DNA from: Candidatus Levyibacteriota bacterium
Lineage (GTDB): Bacteria > Patescibacteriota > Microgenomatia > Levybacterales > UBA12049
Direction of reading: 5' to 3'
DNA: 64,000 bases
Assembly (NCBI GenBank): GCA_963790825.1
Contig: CAWBPM010000002.1
Coordinates: 295,159-359,158 of the forward strand
Shown: piece by piece, positions 28,410 to 38,349 of the stretch
Layout of the letters: each line of letters begins with the position of its first letter
Position numbering within the stretch: the first letter of the stretch is position 1
The notes under the pieces: model-generated
Databases searched by the model: none
What the model was told of the DNA's origin: nothing
What the model saw: the letters and a program-made list of their open reading frames with translations, nothing else
Position numbers and translations under genes: made by a program

Positions 28410-29195
28410 ATGATAAAAAAGATAGTATCAAGTATTTACACTGTTCTTGCCTCTCTATTTATAGCATTCGTAAGTTTTTGTATTATAGGAGTCTCATATG
28501 AAAAATCAAATTCATCTCATGTACAACCGTGGCAAATATTATTAGTTTTTGTGTTTCTCTTCAGCTTACTTATGTTTGTCGTTTCTGTCATTGGGAGCAT
28601 CCTGCATCATTTCTCAAAGGCGAGTACTCAAGTCACACCTAGCACTCCTTTAGAAACAAATGACTACATGACAGTACAAAATCAGAATTTTTCGATTCCA
28701 AATACCTCAAACATACAGCAAATGTCAACAAATCAAACTACTTATATTAATTATTCTCCTGTACAACGCTCTATAAATAGTAAGTTGATATTTAAAGTTA
28801 TTGCCAAATATGCATCTTTTATCTTTCTTATAAATCTTGCTTGTATATCCCTATCCGTGGTTATTTTTGGTGCTTTTGGGGCAATTTTACATTTTACTGA
28901 AGCATTAGGGATACTTTATGCTCTAATTTTTGGTAATATATTATCCTTGCCGTATGGATATATATTTTGTTATAAAGCCGTAGAAGAATATTTCCATAAA
29001 GGAGGGCTTACACAAAAGAATATTGGTTTTACGATTACTTTTACTGTTGTTATACTTGTTAGTTTAGCTTGGGGAATTATTAATTTACAACTTACTCATA
29101 CTTTTAATTTTCAGTATGGCTTCATACCTTTGCTACTTGCTATAATTGCTGCTAAAAGAGCAGAACGTAAATTTAATCAAGCTATACCCTCCTAA
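28410..29195 (+). CDS. hypothetical membrane protein
   Basis: About six hydrophobic segments. Confidence 0.7.
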   Translation: MIKKIVSSIYTVLASLFIAFVSFCIIGVSYEKSNSSHVQPWQILLVFVFLFSLLMFVVSVIGSILHHFSKASTQVTPSTPLETNDYMTVQNQNFSIPNTSNIQQMSTNQTTYINYSPVQRSINSKLIFKVIAKYASFIFLINLACISLSVVIFGAFGAILHFTEALGILYALIFGNILSLPYGYIFCYKAVEEYFHKGGLTQKNIGFTITFTVVILVSLAWGIINLQLTHTFNFQYGFIPLLLAIIAAKRAERKFNQAIPS

Positions 29196-29278
29196 TGCCA
29201 CAGAGTTTGTTTTTAGTATCTCACTTTGACTAGTGGGTATATTACTCATGTCCTAAAACCGGGTTTATGCAACACGAA

Positions 29279-29572
29279 TTATTTCTTGTAGTTGAATGAC
29301 AACAGGGCGTACATAATGAAAAACGGCAGAAGAAGAAAAACAATATATTGAGTTAATAAATTACCTAAAGACAAATTATATAATGAATCTGGACATTGAC
29401 TTAATAGAGAATAGCTTCCCCAAGAAGTATGATGACTAAAATCTATCACCATAGGACATAATCTTGGAGCTGAAGACATTGACACTAGACGTGTCACAAA
29501 AACTACAATAATTGCGACACATGTGCTTATGAGTAGTTTGTGTTTTTGTAAATTAGATTTTCTCATCGTCAT
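29279..29572 (-). CDS. small membrane protein
   Basis: Two TM helices with a Cys pair in the loop. Confidence 0.55.
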   Translation of the reverse strand: MTMRKSNLQKHKLLISTCVAIIVVFVTRLVSMSSAPRLCPMVIDFSHHTSWGSYSLLSQCPDSLYNLSLGNLLTQYIVFLLLPFFIMYALLSFNYKK

Positions 29573-29836
29573 TTTTAGTATTACTTATCTCTCTTTAGAA
29601 GTCAAACTATGCCTATAACGATAAATTGTCGGCATATGTTAAACAGGATTATGTATAAGTTTATACCAAATAACGGAAAGTCTGCGTTTCATGGTCACAA
29701 TATATTTAATACCAAAATTCCCCCAAAAGGGACTCGAACCTAAAATCGAGGGAAAATAGAGAAAACTGAGCCTAAAACTTACTTAGGTTCGAGCGTCCCA
29801 TACGGGTTGTTAAATTTCGAGGCTGTTTTTAAGGTG

Positions 29837-29909
29837 TACCCCTGGAGGGATTCGAACCCCCGACCTTGTCGTTAGAACCGACCAGCTCTATCCTCTGAGC
29901 TACAGGGGC
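29837..29909 (-). tRNA. tRNA-Arg(TCT)
   Basis: Cloverleaf GCCCCTG/CAGGGGT, T-loop TTCGAAT, anticodon loop GTTCTAA; CCA not encoded. Confidence 0.88.
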
Positions 29910-30021
29910 GGATTTGTACTCATATTCTACCAATAATACCAACTTCCTGCAAACCAACCAACCCCTCCTCATTTTCTGCTTCGTTGCGAATAATAAAGAG
30001 ATTGCGTATAATAAAAGAGGT

Positions 30022-31020
30022 ATGCTTGAAAAAATTATTCGCTATTTGCTAAAAAACCAGGTGATTCTGGCGCTTACTATTATCCTTATTTGCTGGTTTA
30101 TTATTCAGACTAGAGACATTTTAGTATTATTTTTTCTGGCATATATTGTAATGGCGGCACTTTTACCGTTCGTGTCTTTTCTGAAAACCAAACATTTACC
30201 TAAACTATTAACCGTTATCATTCCTTATATTGGTGTGTTATTTATTTTAATTTCTCTAGCTTTTCTCCTCGTTCCGTTTATTACCGCACAAATTCAATCG
30301 CTTTTTTCTATTTTCCCCCAATATCTGAACCATTCTGCTAATATTTTCGGTTTTAAAACAGATCCTAAGCAAATTCAAAATTATATCTCCAATGACTACA
30401 GTATCTTAGGATCAAATGCTTTGGCAGTCACCGGACAACTTTTCGGCGGTGTATTTTCTCTTTTAACGATATTTATCGTCAGTTTCTATATGCTTGTCTA
30501 TCATGAGCATTTTCAGAACTGGCTGGCAGGATTGGCTTCTCCCCATTCACATCTCCGCATTATTAAAATTCTCGGTGAAATTGATGATAGACTGGGAGCC
30601 TGGCTTCGGGGACAAGTAGTTTTGTCTTTCTTTGTCGGTCTTTTCAGTTGGATCGCATTAGCCCTACTCCATGTACCTTATGCCTTACCGCTGGCTATTA
30701 TAGCAGGATTTCTTGAAATACTGCCAACCATCGGTCCTATTCTCTCGGCAATTCCATCGGTTATCGTGGCACTGACTGTCTCACCGAGCCTTGCGTTTTG
30801 GGTAGTAGTAGCATATATTATTATTCAGCTTCTTGAGAGTAATCTATTGGTGCCGAATGTGATGCAGAAAGCCGTAGGACTGAATCCGATTGTTGTCATT
30901 TTTGGTATCACAATAGGAGTGACTTTAATGGGAATAACCGGAGCTCTACTTTCTCTTCCTTTTATTTCCTTTCTCGTTGTTTTGTTTAACAGTATCCACG
31001 CTGAGGAACCGAGTAAATAA
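30022..31020 (+). CDS. AI-2E (PerM) family transporter
   Basis: LGAWLRGQ, LEILPTIGP, QLLESNLLVPNVM...GLNP. Confidence 0.9.
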   Translation: MLEKIIRYLLKNQVILALTIILICWFIIQTRDILVLFFLAYIVMAALLPFVSFLKTKHLPKLLTVIIPYIGVLFILISLAFLLVPFITAQIQSLFSIFPQYLNHSANIFGFKTDPKQIQNYISNDYSILGSNALAVTGQLFGGVFSLLTIFIVSFYMLVYHEHFQNWLAGLASPHSHLRIIKILGEIDDRLGAWLRGQVVLSFFVGLFSWIALALLHVPYALPLAIIAGFLEILPTIGPILSAIPSVIVALTVSPSLAFWVVVAYIIIQLLESNLLVPNVMQKAVGLNPIVVIFGITIGVTLMGITGALLSLPFISFLVVLFNSIHAEEPSK

Positions 31021-31086
31021 CCCTTACTAACCACTAATCTCTTCTTTCCAAAGTGAATTGTTCTGAATCCTTTGCGAAAGACTATG

Positions 31087-31157
31087 AGCGGGTGAAGGGA
31101 ATCGAACCCTCGTATCAACTTTGGAAAAGTTGTGTTCTGCCATTGAACTACACCCGC
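31087..31157 (-). tRNA. tRNA-Gly(TCC)
   Basis: GCGGGTG/CACCCGC acceptor, CAACT-TTTCCAA-AGTTG anticodon arm, TTCGATT T-loop. Confidence 0.95.
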
Positions 31158-31238
31158 GAGATCACTTCGTATTTTATACAAAATCACGGGTAATTGCAAA
31201 ATTTTGTGTGATCCTATTTATAGGAGTATAATTAACAT

Positions 31239-31934
31239 ATGAACCTGAAACGGATATTTAATGAGCTAAAAAAATACTCTCCGGAAGTATTCTTTAATCG
31301 GAAAAAAACCTATGTGTACGTAGCGATGGGGGACAGTTCGGTTGAAGGAATGGGTGCTACTAAACCGGAGAGGTCGTATACCGGAATTATTTATACTGCT
31401 CTTAAGGAAAAACGAAATTCGGTTGAGTATCATAATTTGGGGAAAGCATTTGCCAGTATCAGAGATGTTGTAGATTCACAGCTTGATAAGGCGATTTCTT
31501 TAAATCCCGATCTGATTACGCTGTCGGTCGGTGCCAATGATGTGCCGAAACGAACGCAACTTTTGCAATTTGAGAAAGATTTGAATTATCTTTTTAACCG
31601 GCTGAAAAATGAAACAACTGCGGAAATTATTATTAATACCATTCCCGACATGTCCTATACTCCGTTTTTAAAAGATAAACTCCATTTGCGGACACTCAGT
31701 AAAGTACTGGTGTGGAGGTTAAATCAAAAAATTAAGAAACAAGCTGAAAAAGCTCATATTTACGTTATTGATCTTTATGAACAAAGTAAAATTTTTCTGA
31801 AAAACTATCCGGAAGGAGTCTCGGAAGACGGATTCCATCCTTCTGATTTCGGCTACGCCCTGTGGGCTAATATTATCTTAATGCAAATTCCTCATATACT
31901 GCTTCAGCCAAAGCATAAATTTCGCTTCTGGTAA
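31239..31934 (+). CDS. SGNH/GDSL hydrolase
   Basis: GDSSVEG, GANDV, DGFHPS. Confidence 0.9.
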   Translation: MNLKRIFNELKKYSPEVFFNRKKTYVYVAMGDSSVEGMGATKPERSYTGIIYTALKEKRNSVEYHNLGKAFASIRDVVDSQLDKAISLNPDLITLSVGANDVPKRTQLLQFEKDLNYLFNRLKNETTAEIIINTIPDMSYTPFLKDKLHLRTLSKVLVWRLNQKIKKQAEKAHIYVIDLYEQSKIFLKNYPEGVSEDGFHPSDFGYALWANIILMQIPHILLQPKHKFRFW

Positions 31935-31968
31935 GCACTCATGATATAATTTCTCACTTAAATTTCAT

Positions 31969-32823
31969 ATGAGGAAATACCGAAAACATAGAAAATACAC
32001 AAAGAAGCACAGGAAAAATAAGCTGCTCACAAACTATACTTTTTCTTTTAGCACGGTACTGATAGGCTTTATTCCGTTAATTACTATATCTATTATTATT
32101 TTTTCCTATTTCTTTATCAGGACTACATATTTTCATGAAGCGTTCCAAGGATTTTCTTTGCCGGTTCCCAGCGTTGCAATTCGCCTCCCGCAAGTTGTTC
32201 CAGAAATAAATAGCATTAAAAACCAAACAATTATTACTATTCATTCTGTCCGCTTTCCTTCATTTTCCTTCCCGCACATTCCAATAAAAATCCCGCTTCC
32301 ATCTTTTGTGCTACCTCACCTAACTTTACCCGCTATAGTTGCCCCGCAATTTACCTTTCCCGGGTTTATTCTGCCTTCTCTTAGTTTTCCTCAAATTGAT
32401 TGGGAGTTCGTAGGAGAAAAAATATTACAAATTCTGTCTATTCCAACACAAATCTGGCTCTCCTCTACACAGAAGATTATAAGTGGGGGAGAAGTAGTCA
32501 TTCAATTACTTATACTTCTGAATCCACTTCCGGGGATAAAGGTTATACTGCAAATTATTTCTGTTTTCATAAATACACTATTTATGGGTACTGCTCAAAT
32601 TATCCAAAGCTTTTTGGCGGGAATCCGGCAGTTTTTTCATACGCTCTTCTTGCCTTTGGATCCTTTTTTTCTTTGGCTGCATGAAAGAACAGATTTTAAT
32701 ATGGACGTGGCGCATAAAACGTTTGTTATAATTACTCCGTTTACACACTTACTTAGTTTATCGTTCCAAACTACGCTTAATGAAATATTAAAGAGTTTTC
32801 AGGATACTTTTTCTGTATTTTAG
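31969..32823 (+). CDS. hypothetical membrane protein
   Basis: Basic N-terminus, TM helix, Pro/Phe-rich stretch. Confidence 0.6.
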   Translation: MRKYRKHRKYTKKHRKNKLLTNYTFSFSTVLIGFIPLITISIIIFSYFFIRTTYFHEAFQGFSLPVPSVAIRLPQVVPEINSIKNQTIITIHSVRFPSFSFPHIPIKIPLPSFVLPHLTLPAIVAPQFTFPGFILPSLSFPQIDWEFVGEKILQILSIPTQIWLSSTQKIISGGEVVIQLLILLNPLPGIKVILQIISVFINTLFMGTAQIIQSFLAGIRQFFHTLFLPLDPFFLWLHERTDFNMDVAHKTFVIITPFTHLLSLSFQTTLNEILKSFQDTFSVF

Positions 32824-32856
32824 GAAGATTTCTTCGGGTCAATTTGCCTATCAGGT

Positions 32857-35256
32857 TTACCTAGATACTTGGGGTAAGATTTGCGACAATGCCCGGTCTA
32901 CTGTCAGAACAGGCATACCGCTATTTTTAATCGTTTGTAATTCCGCATCTAAATCAGAACCGGAAATACTATATGGATCAGTAGGATTATCTACTTGATG
33001 ATAGACCAAAACCAGCCATGTTTTATCTTGTTTTGCCTGCTCTACCCACGCTGTCACCTGGGAAGGAGTTGTACTGGTATTTACATCCTGAACTAAAATA
33101 TCATAAATATTAAAATTATCTTTTGAGTTATACCCTGTTTCTACTCCCCGATGTGAACGGTAATACTCTTTAATAACAGCCATTACCTGATCGTTGTATG
33201 CGCCGTATGGCGTAGCAAAATCATTAAATGATGTTCCGAATATCGTCTGTAAATCTTTTTGAGATTGGCCTAGCTCTATCTGCAGTTGATCAGGAGTCAC
33301 TGTGGTCAAATCAGGATGATCCAGTGTATGAGCAGCAAGTTCATCGCCTGCAGATTGTAACTCTGCAGCCTGCGTAGCCGTCATGAAAAAATCCGTGTTT
33401 AAAAAGCCTGAAACTAAATAGAAAGTTCCCGGTAAATTATATTTTTGCATGATAGGGAATGCACCGGAATATTGCGACTCAATTCCGTCGTCCCACGTGA
33501 TACTGACTAGTCCCTGATTAAATCCTTCCGGTACATAATTTACCACTTGGTAATCATCGGTTATTAAGAAACCTACGGATGAAAGAAGATGCATCACGGT
33601 CATCGTCTGTGCACTTGCCGGTGCGGTAAATGACGCGACGTACTGTGTCCAGTTTGTTTCGGCTTGAGCAGGGTTAAGTTCTGAGTAGCTTTGCGTACCA
33701 TCGCTACTGGTAAACTCTATTACAATACGGGAGGTAGTATTTGACTCATAGTAGTCTTTAAAGTAATATTTTTGCATAGGTGTTACCGGTTGCGAATCAT
33801 AATACCACTTGGCATCTCCGCTTGTATAACTGGTAACTTGCGTTTCTACGCTCTTAGTGCCGGTGTGTCCGGTCGAAAGATAAGTGAATACCGGCGTATT
33901 GGTTCCCCAGCTATTTGTATGCCAGCCTAGCGGCTGTCCGTTTAAACTTGAGGTCTGTTCAAGTGAGTTATTCGGCACATTATCCGTAATAACAGGTGTT
34001 TCGACAGTTTGGCTCGTCAAAGAAACCGAGTCAACGTAAAGAACAGACGTGGCAGATCCTGATATATCATGCAAAACAATACCGGTAATAGTTTTATTAT
34101 CAGCACTCAGGCTGGAAAGCGGAATATTATAAACCGTCCAACTTCCCTGAGTAGGCTGTCCGCCCAGCGAGCCAAGATCAATTGGTGTAGTTATTGCTTT
34201 TCCCGTATTGTCTTCCACGTAAATAGCGTAATCTGAATTGCCTTGTCCGGCTTGCAAGGCAAAATGAAGCATGGTATAGCTACTTGTATCAATACCGGTA
34301 GGGTTATGTAAATCTAATCCGGAGTAGGCAGCTGTCGCTGTGTAATTAATCGACTGTGATCCGGCGTAAACCGGGGATGAATTGGCAAAGTTTATATTGC
34401 TGTCCCAGGACCAGCTTTGCCAGCCGCTGGATAAATTATCATCATAGATAACGTGACTACCTGGAATCGGCGTAATTGTTGGCGTAGGTGTAGGCACGGA
34501 AGTAACCGAAGGCATAGGAGTTGTTGTCGGCAAAGGCGTACTGGTAGGCGTCGGTGACGGTTTATTGGTCGGGGTAGGCGTAATCGGTTTTGTTGGCGCA
34601 GGAGTCATTGTTGGCGTTAAAGTCGGTTTATTGGTCGGGGTAGGCGTTCTCGTCGGAGTTACAGAAGGTTTAGAAGTAGGCGTTGGGGTTGGAATAGTAT
34701 AGGTTATTGCCAATACCGGTTGATTGCTGCTTGCTTCTTTTGATCTAATTGTAAGCGTATCATTTCCGTTGGATTTAATCGCCAGGGAAACAATCTTTCC
34801 CGCATTACCAGAAACAAAAGACGTTAAATCTATTGTAACAGTACCTGTTTTCGAAGCGGTAAAGGTTTTTACTATTTGCGAACCTACGACAGGTTGTTTA
34901 CTATAAGTTATTCCTGTTTCAGTCCACGAGGTATCTGTTACTTGATATATCTGTTCCGAATTGATTGAAGCGTTGGTTATACTGAGAGATAACTGTGCTT
35001 TTGTAATTACCTTAGCGGACAGAGAAGATAGGTCAAATTTAAAATATGTTACATCTGTTGGTGATTTAATTACGTTTAGTGAGCTGGAAGTGCCATAATT
35101 GGTAGAGGGAAGTGACGAATTGACATACGAATCCGCAGTCGGTTTAAGAGAAATCGTCGTACTTGCGGCTAATGCATTTTCATGCAAAGATAACCCGCTA
35201 AATACGCAGATCAAAACAATTACAAGAATGCCAAGGACCCTTTTTATCAGATTCAT
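32857..35256 (-). CDS. secreted multidomain polysaccharide deacetylase (DNRLRE/CBM-like domains, Pro/Thr linker, NodB domain)
   Basis: ADSYV...TNYG N-terminal domain; PT-rich linker; SITWDDG, HTLDHPDL and LVYHQV. Confidence 0.85.
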   Translation of the reverse strand: MNLIKRVLGILVIVLICVFSGLSLHENALAASTTISLKPTADSYVNSSLPSTNYGTSSSLNVIKSPTDVTYFKFDLSSLSAKVITKAQLSLSITNASINSEQIYQVTDTSWTETGITYSKQPVVGSQIVKTFTASKTGTVTIDLTSFVSGNAGKIVSLAIKSNGNDTLTIRSKEASSNQPVLAITYTIPTPTPTSKPSVTPTRTPTPTNKPTLTPTMTPAPTKPITPTPTNKPSPTPTSTPLPTTTPMPSVTSVPTPTPTITPIPGSHVIYDDNLSSGWQSWSWDSNINFANSSPVYAGSQSINYTATAAYSGLDLHNPTGIDTSSYTMLHFALQAGQGNSDYAIYVEDNTGKAITTPIDLGSLGGQPTQGSWTVYNIPLSSLSADNKTITGIVLHDISGSATSVLYVDSVSLTSQTVETPVITDNVPNNSLEQTSSLNGQPLGWHTNSWGTNTPVFTYLSTGHTGTKSVETQVTSYTSGDAKWYYDSQPVTPMQKYYFKDYYESNTTSRIVIEFTSSDGTQSYSELNPAQAETNWTQYVASFTAPASAQTMTVMHLLSSVGFLITDDYQVVNYVPEGFNQGLVSITWDDGIESQYSGAFPIMQKYNLPGTFYLVSGFLNTDFFMTATQAAELQSAGDELAAHTLDHPDLTTVTPDQLQIELGQSQKDLQTIFGTSFNDFATPYGAYNDQVMAVIKEYYRSHRGVETGYNSKDNFNIYDILVQDVNTSTTPSQVTAWVEQAKQDKTWLVLVYHQVDNPTDPYSISGSDLDAELQTIKNSGMPVLTVDRALSQILPQVSR

Positions 35257-35381
35257 TACAGTATTATAGTATATATTATAGGATATGTCAAGTTGTACAT
35301 TATTTATGTTTCCAGGCACAAATAGGCGTTATGTGTCAAAATATTAAGCTTTTTGCTATACTACGTTTGAATTTTTTAATT

Positions 35382-36647
35382 ATGAAGAAAGCACAGGAAG
35401 TCATTGTCTATCTTAAACCCCGCAAAAAAATAATGAGAAAATCCACTCCGAAGAAGAAAAAGAAAGCCTTAAGATCCTTGCAATTAGCTGCCTGGAATAT
35501 TACGCAAAAAAATATCGCCGGGAAACTGCTCCTATTATTAACCGGGGTCCTTTCCGCGTCCTTGTTGGCTATTATCCTAATGATTGGTGCAATATATTTT
35601 TTTATTCAAACACATGAAGAATTTGCCGCAAATCTGGCAGACTATACACTCAGGCCGATTATTGGAAGTCAGGCTACGGTAAGCTTGGAAGCTGCTTTTT
35701 TTAACTTACAGGATAAGTTTAATCAGTTGCAGTACTTATTTAATAAATCGTCAGATAGTGTAATTGCCGATACGAAAGTTCCCCCCTTTCCCACAATACA
35801 GCCTGTTGATACTGCTTTTACGCTTAAACCGATTCCACCTATCCTTACCGATTCCAAACTCCCCGGAGAAGGTATCTGGACATCATTTGTCGGATCTGAC
35901 GAAGCGGTTATGGGTAAAACCGTATTCCGACCCGATCCGGAGCGTCCCTACGCAGTCGTAACACTCGTGAAAATGGATATGAACAAGCTTTCATTGGGAA
36001 GTGTAGCCGGTCTCAGAGAACCCGGAGGTCCTCAGAATCCGGGCCCGGGCATGGTACCTATGGATATCCAAAACAGTAACCATCTCTTGGCCGCCTTTGA
36101 CGGTGGTTTTCAGGGTAAAGACGGTTATTACGGCATGGTCGTGGGAAATAAAGAGTATCTCCCTTTGCAAAAAAATTTGGCAACGTTTGTTATTCACAGG
36201 AATCACAAACCGGAAATTTTACGCTTTTCAGGTAAAAACATCGGTGATGATGTTCTGGTTGCCAGACAAAATGGACCGCTTCTTATCGAAGATTCGCAAA
36301 TTGTTGCCACTTCCAGTGCCTGGGATACGCAAACATGGGGATTGACTACCACAAACAGTATGTATACCTGGCGGTCTGGTGCGGGAATTACGAAAGAAGG
36401 AGATCTTATCTATGCCTCTGGTCCGTCTCTTATCCCTGAGACTTTGTCCGTTGCCCTTAAAGCTGCAGGTTCGGTAAATGCAATGCAACTTGATATTAAT
36501 CCTGTATGGGTGCGCTTTGTAATTTTTCACTCCTTGGAAAATGGTCAATATTCATTTGATCCGCTAACGCAGGATATGGTAAATGGAGGATATGAATACT
36601 TGCATGGCTATCAAAAAGACTTCTTCTATGTTTACAGGAAGACGTAG
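35382..36647 (+). CDS. phosphodiester glycosidase (DUF2233/NAGPA-like) family protein
   Basis: AAFDGGF, RQNGPLL, TWRSGAG, AMQLDINP; N-terminal TM segment. Confidence 0.65.
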   Translation: MKKAQEVIVYLKPRKKIMRKSTPKKKKKALRSLQLAAWNITQKNIAGKLLLLLTGVLSASLLAIILMIGAIYFFIQTHEEFAANLADYTLRPIIGSQATVSLEAAFFNLQDKFNQLQYLFNKSSDSVIADTKVPPFPTIQPVDTAFTLKPIPPILTDSKLPGEGIWTSFVGSDEAVMGKTVFRPDPERPYAVVTLVKMDMNKLSLGSVAGLREPGGPQNPGPGMVPMDIQNSNHLLAAFDGGFQGKDGYYGMVVGNKEYLPLQKNLATFVIHRNHKPEILRFSGKNIGDDVLVARQNGPLLIEDSQIVATSSAWDTQTWGLTTTNSMYTWRSGAGITKEGDLIYASGPSLIPETLSVALKAAGSVNAMQLDINPVWVRFVIFHSLENGQYSFDPLTQDMVNGGYEYLHGYQKDFFYVYRKT

Positions 36648-36723
36648 ACCTAGAATTAGGGATTTATGCAAAGATTTTTTTTAACTTATATATAAAAATA
36701 GAGTTAGCAATTACGAGTTACTA

Positions 36724-37215
36724 TTATTTACTTTGCTTATAAGGATGTTTCTCTTTTTTCTGCTTTGGGGGGTTAGGGCTATAAAATGACTCATGCACTC
36801 CATCCATTAGGCCTCCGACAAGGCCAAAAACCGGCATAGTAAAGGATAAGCTAGTCGCATAATATCCGGCAGAATCTTTAAAATAACTCAGAGCTTCTCC
36901 CGCATTTCCCTGATCGATGGAGCCCTTGGTTGCTATTCCCACTGCGGTTCCCAGTATTATACCCGCTCCAACTATTGCTCCTTTTTTTGCTCCGCGTCTG
37001 AATCTCGGCCAAGAAAAGGGTTCCTGTTCTTCCGATTCTGAAATTGTAGGGAATATTCTCTCTGTAAAAGAAGGTCCTACTTCCGGAATCTTAACTAATA
37101 TTTGCTTCCTGCTTTGAGCGGCTTCCCTGCGTCGTCTCACCTCGCAAAGGTCAATTGGTCTTCTCGACACAGTTGACTGATATATATTCCTTGTTTCTTT
37201 CTCTTGACGTCCCAT
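36724..37215 (-). CDS. hypothetical membrane protein
   Basis: 163-aa ORF with Gly-rich hydrophobic helices. Confidence 0.6.
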   Translation of the reverse strand: MGRQEKETRNIYQSTVSRRPIDLCEVRRRREAAQSRKQILVKIPEVGPSFTERIFPTISESEEQEPFSWPRFRRGAKKGAIVGAGIILGTAVGIATKGSIDQGNAGEALSYFKDSAGYYATSLSFTMPVFGLVGGLMDGVHESFYSPNPPKQKKEKHPYKQSK

Positions 37216-37396
37216 ATTATATATTATACTACAGTTTTATCATTTTTACAAATAAAGCAAAAAGTATTATTTTTTTTATTTAACTTAGAATTTATTTCTA
37301 TAATTCCCATTACCTTCGGGACGAGGTACTTATGTGCTTAATAATAACTGTTATTGATTTTATAAACAACCAAGTATATACTCTGAGAAATCCTAT

Positions 37397-38239
37397 ATGA
37401 TAAAAGAGAGACCTCTTAGTGAAAGACCAGCTAACTTTCGAGAAATAGACATTACGCGAACCGTAAATGAACGCTTAGATCAGATAATACAGCAGCATCC
37501 GATTTATAGAAAATATACCCATGAAACAACACACTTACGATCAATTTATGAAGACGAAAGTATTCAGGATGAACTACTTAGATTAAAGCCGGATGGGACG
37601 TATACCCGTCGTCAATTTCTTATTAAATCAGCAATAAACGGAGCGAGAAAGGCTGTAATAGGGACGTTAGTTGTCGGTGTACTCGGCGGAGCAGGGTATG
37701 GGTACTTTGATTTAGGTAGAAAATACTATGATGAGTACCTTTCCCCGGAATCCCAGAAAAAGGCTGCCGCAGAAGCTCTGGAAAAAAGAAAGCAGTTTGA
37801 AGATACACATACATTAAACAGCAAAGCGTCTGTTAAATCTTCTACTGGTTGGAGTATCCGTTATCCGAAAATTAATAAGAGTGAATTTTTTGCTTCTGCA
37901 GGAAAAGAAATTCCTCTGCAGTCAAACCAGATTATCGCTATTGAAGAAAGTAAAAACCTGCAGGGCACAGGAATCGCTGTTTTGGCTGAATATCAGAGAG
38001 TAGATGGACATAAAGTCGCTGAGTTAAATATCGCCCTGGACGGCGAATACGGTGCCGAAGGTACTCACTACCTGCCAGTTCTCTTAAGCACAAAAGGCGC
38101 AACCAATTTTGATCCGAGAATTATTGAATTCGACCATACTTCTGCTAATAAGAGCCAAGTTCAGTACAGATCGTTTAGAATTATCCCGGGAGAGCATATA
38201 AAATTTGCTATGCAACCTGTTATACCACTTCATAGATAA
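37397..38239 (+). CDS. hypothetical single-TM protein
   Basis: Internal TRRQFL followed by a hydrophobic helix. Confidence 0.65.
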   Translation: MIKERPLSERPANFREIDITRTVNERLDQIIQQHPIYRKYTHETTHLRSIYEDESIQDELLRLKPDGTYTRRQFLIKSAINGARKAVIGTLVVGVLGGAGYGYFDLGRKYYDEYLSPESQKKAAAEALEKRKQFEDTHTLNSKASVKSSTGWSIRYPKINKSEFFASAGKEIPLQSNQIIAIEESKNLQGTGIAVLAEYQRVDGHKVAELNIALDGEYGAEGTHYLPVLLSTKGATNFDPRIIEFDHTSANKSQVQYRSFRIIPGEHIKFAMQPVIPLHR

Positions 38240-38349
38240 ACCTACTCTCATTTACTTTCCTTCAACCGACAATTTTCAGGTCTTCCTGTTCATGCTACAA
38301 TTACTGAGAAGATAGATAGTTAAAAGTATAACCTGCGCCAATTAACTGT

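Noticed and set aside
31087-31157. tRNA-Gly as a fourth integration array
   Set aside because: No core-N16 copy of its 3' end was found nearby and the flanking genes look like housekeeping genes.
30825-31199. 124-aa minus-strand ORF; similarly 47664-47852 and 47681-47920
   Set aside because: They overlap tRNA genes or the opposite-strand transporter and are shadow ORFs.
34460-34700. Tandem GGCGT/GGGGT-rich repeats
   Set aside because: They encode an ordinary Pro/Thr linker in the deacetylase.
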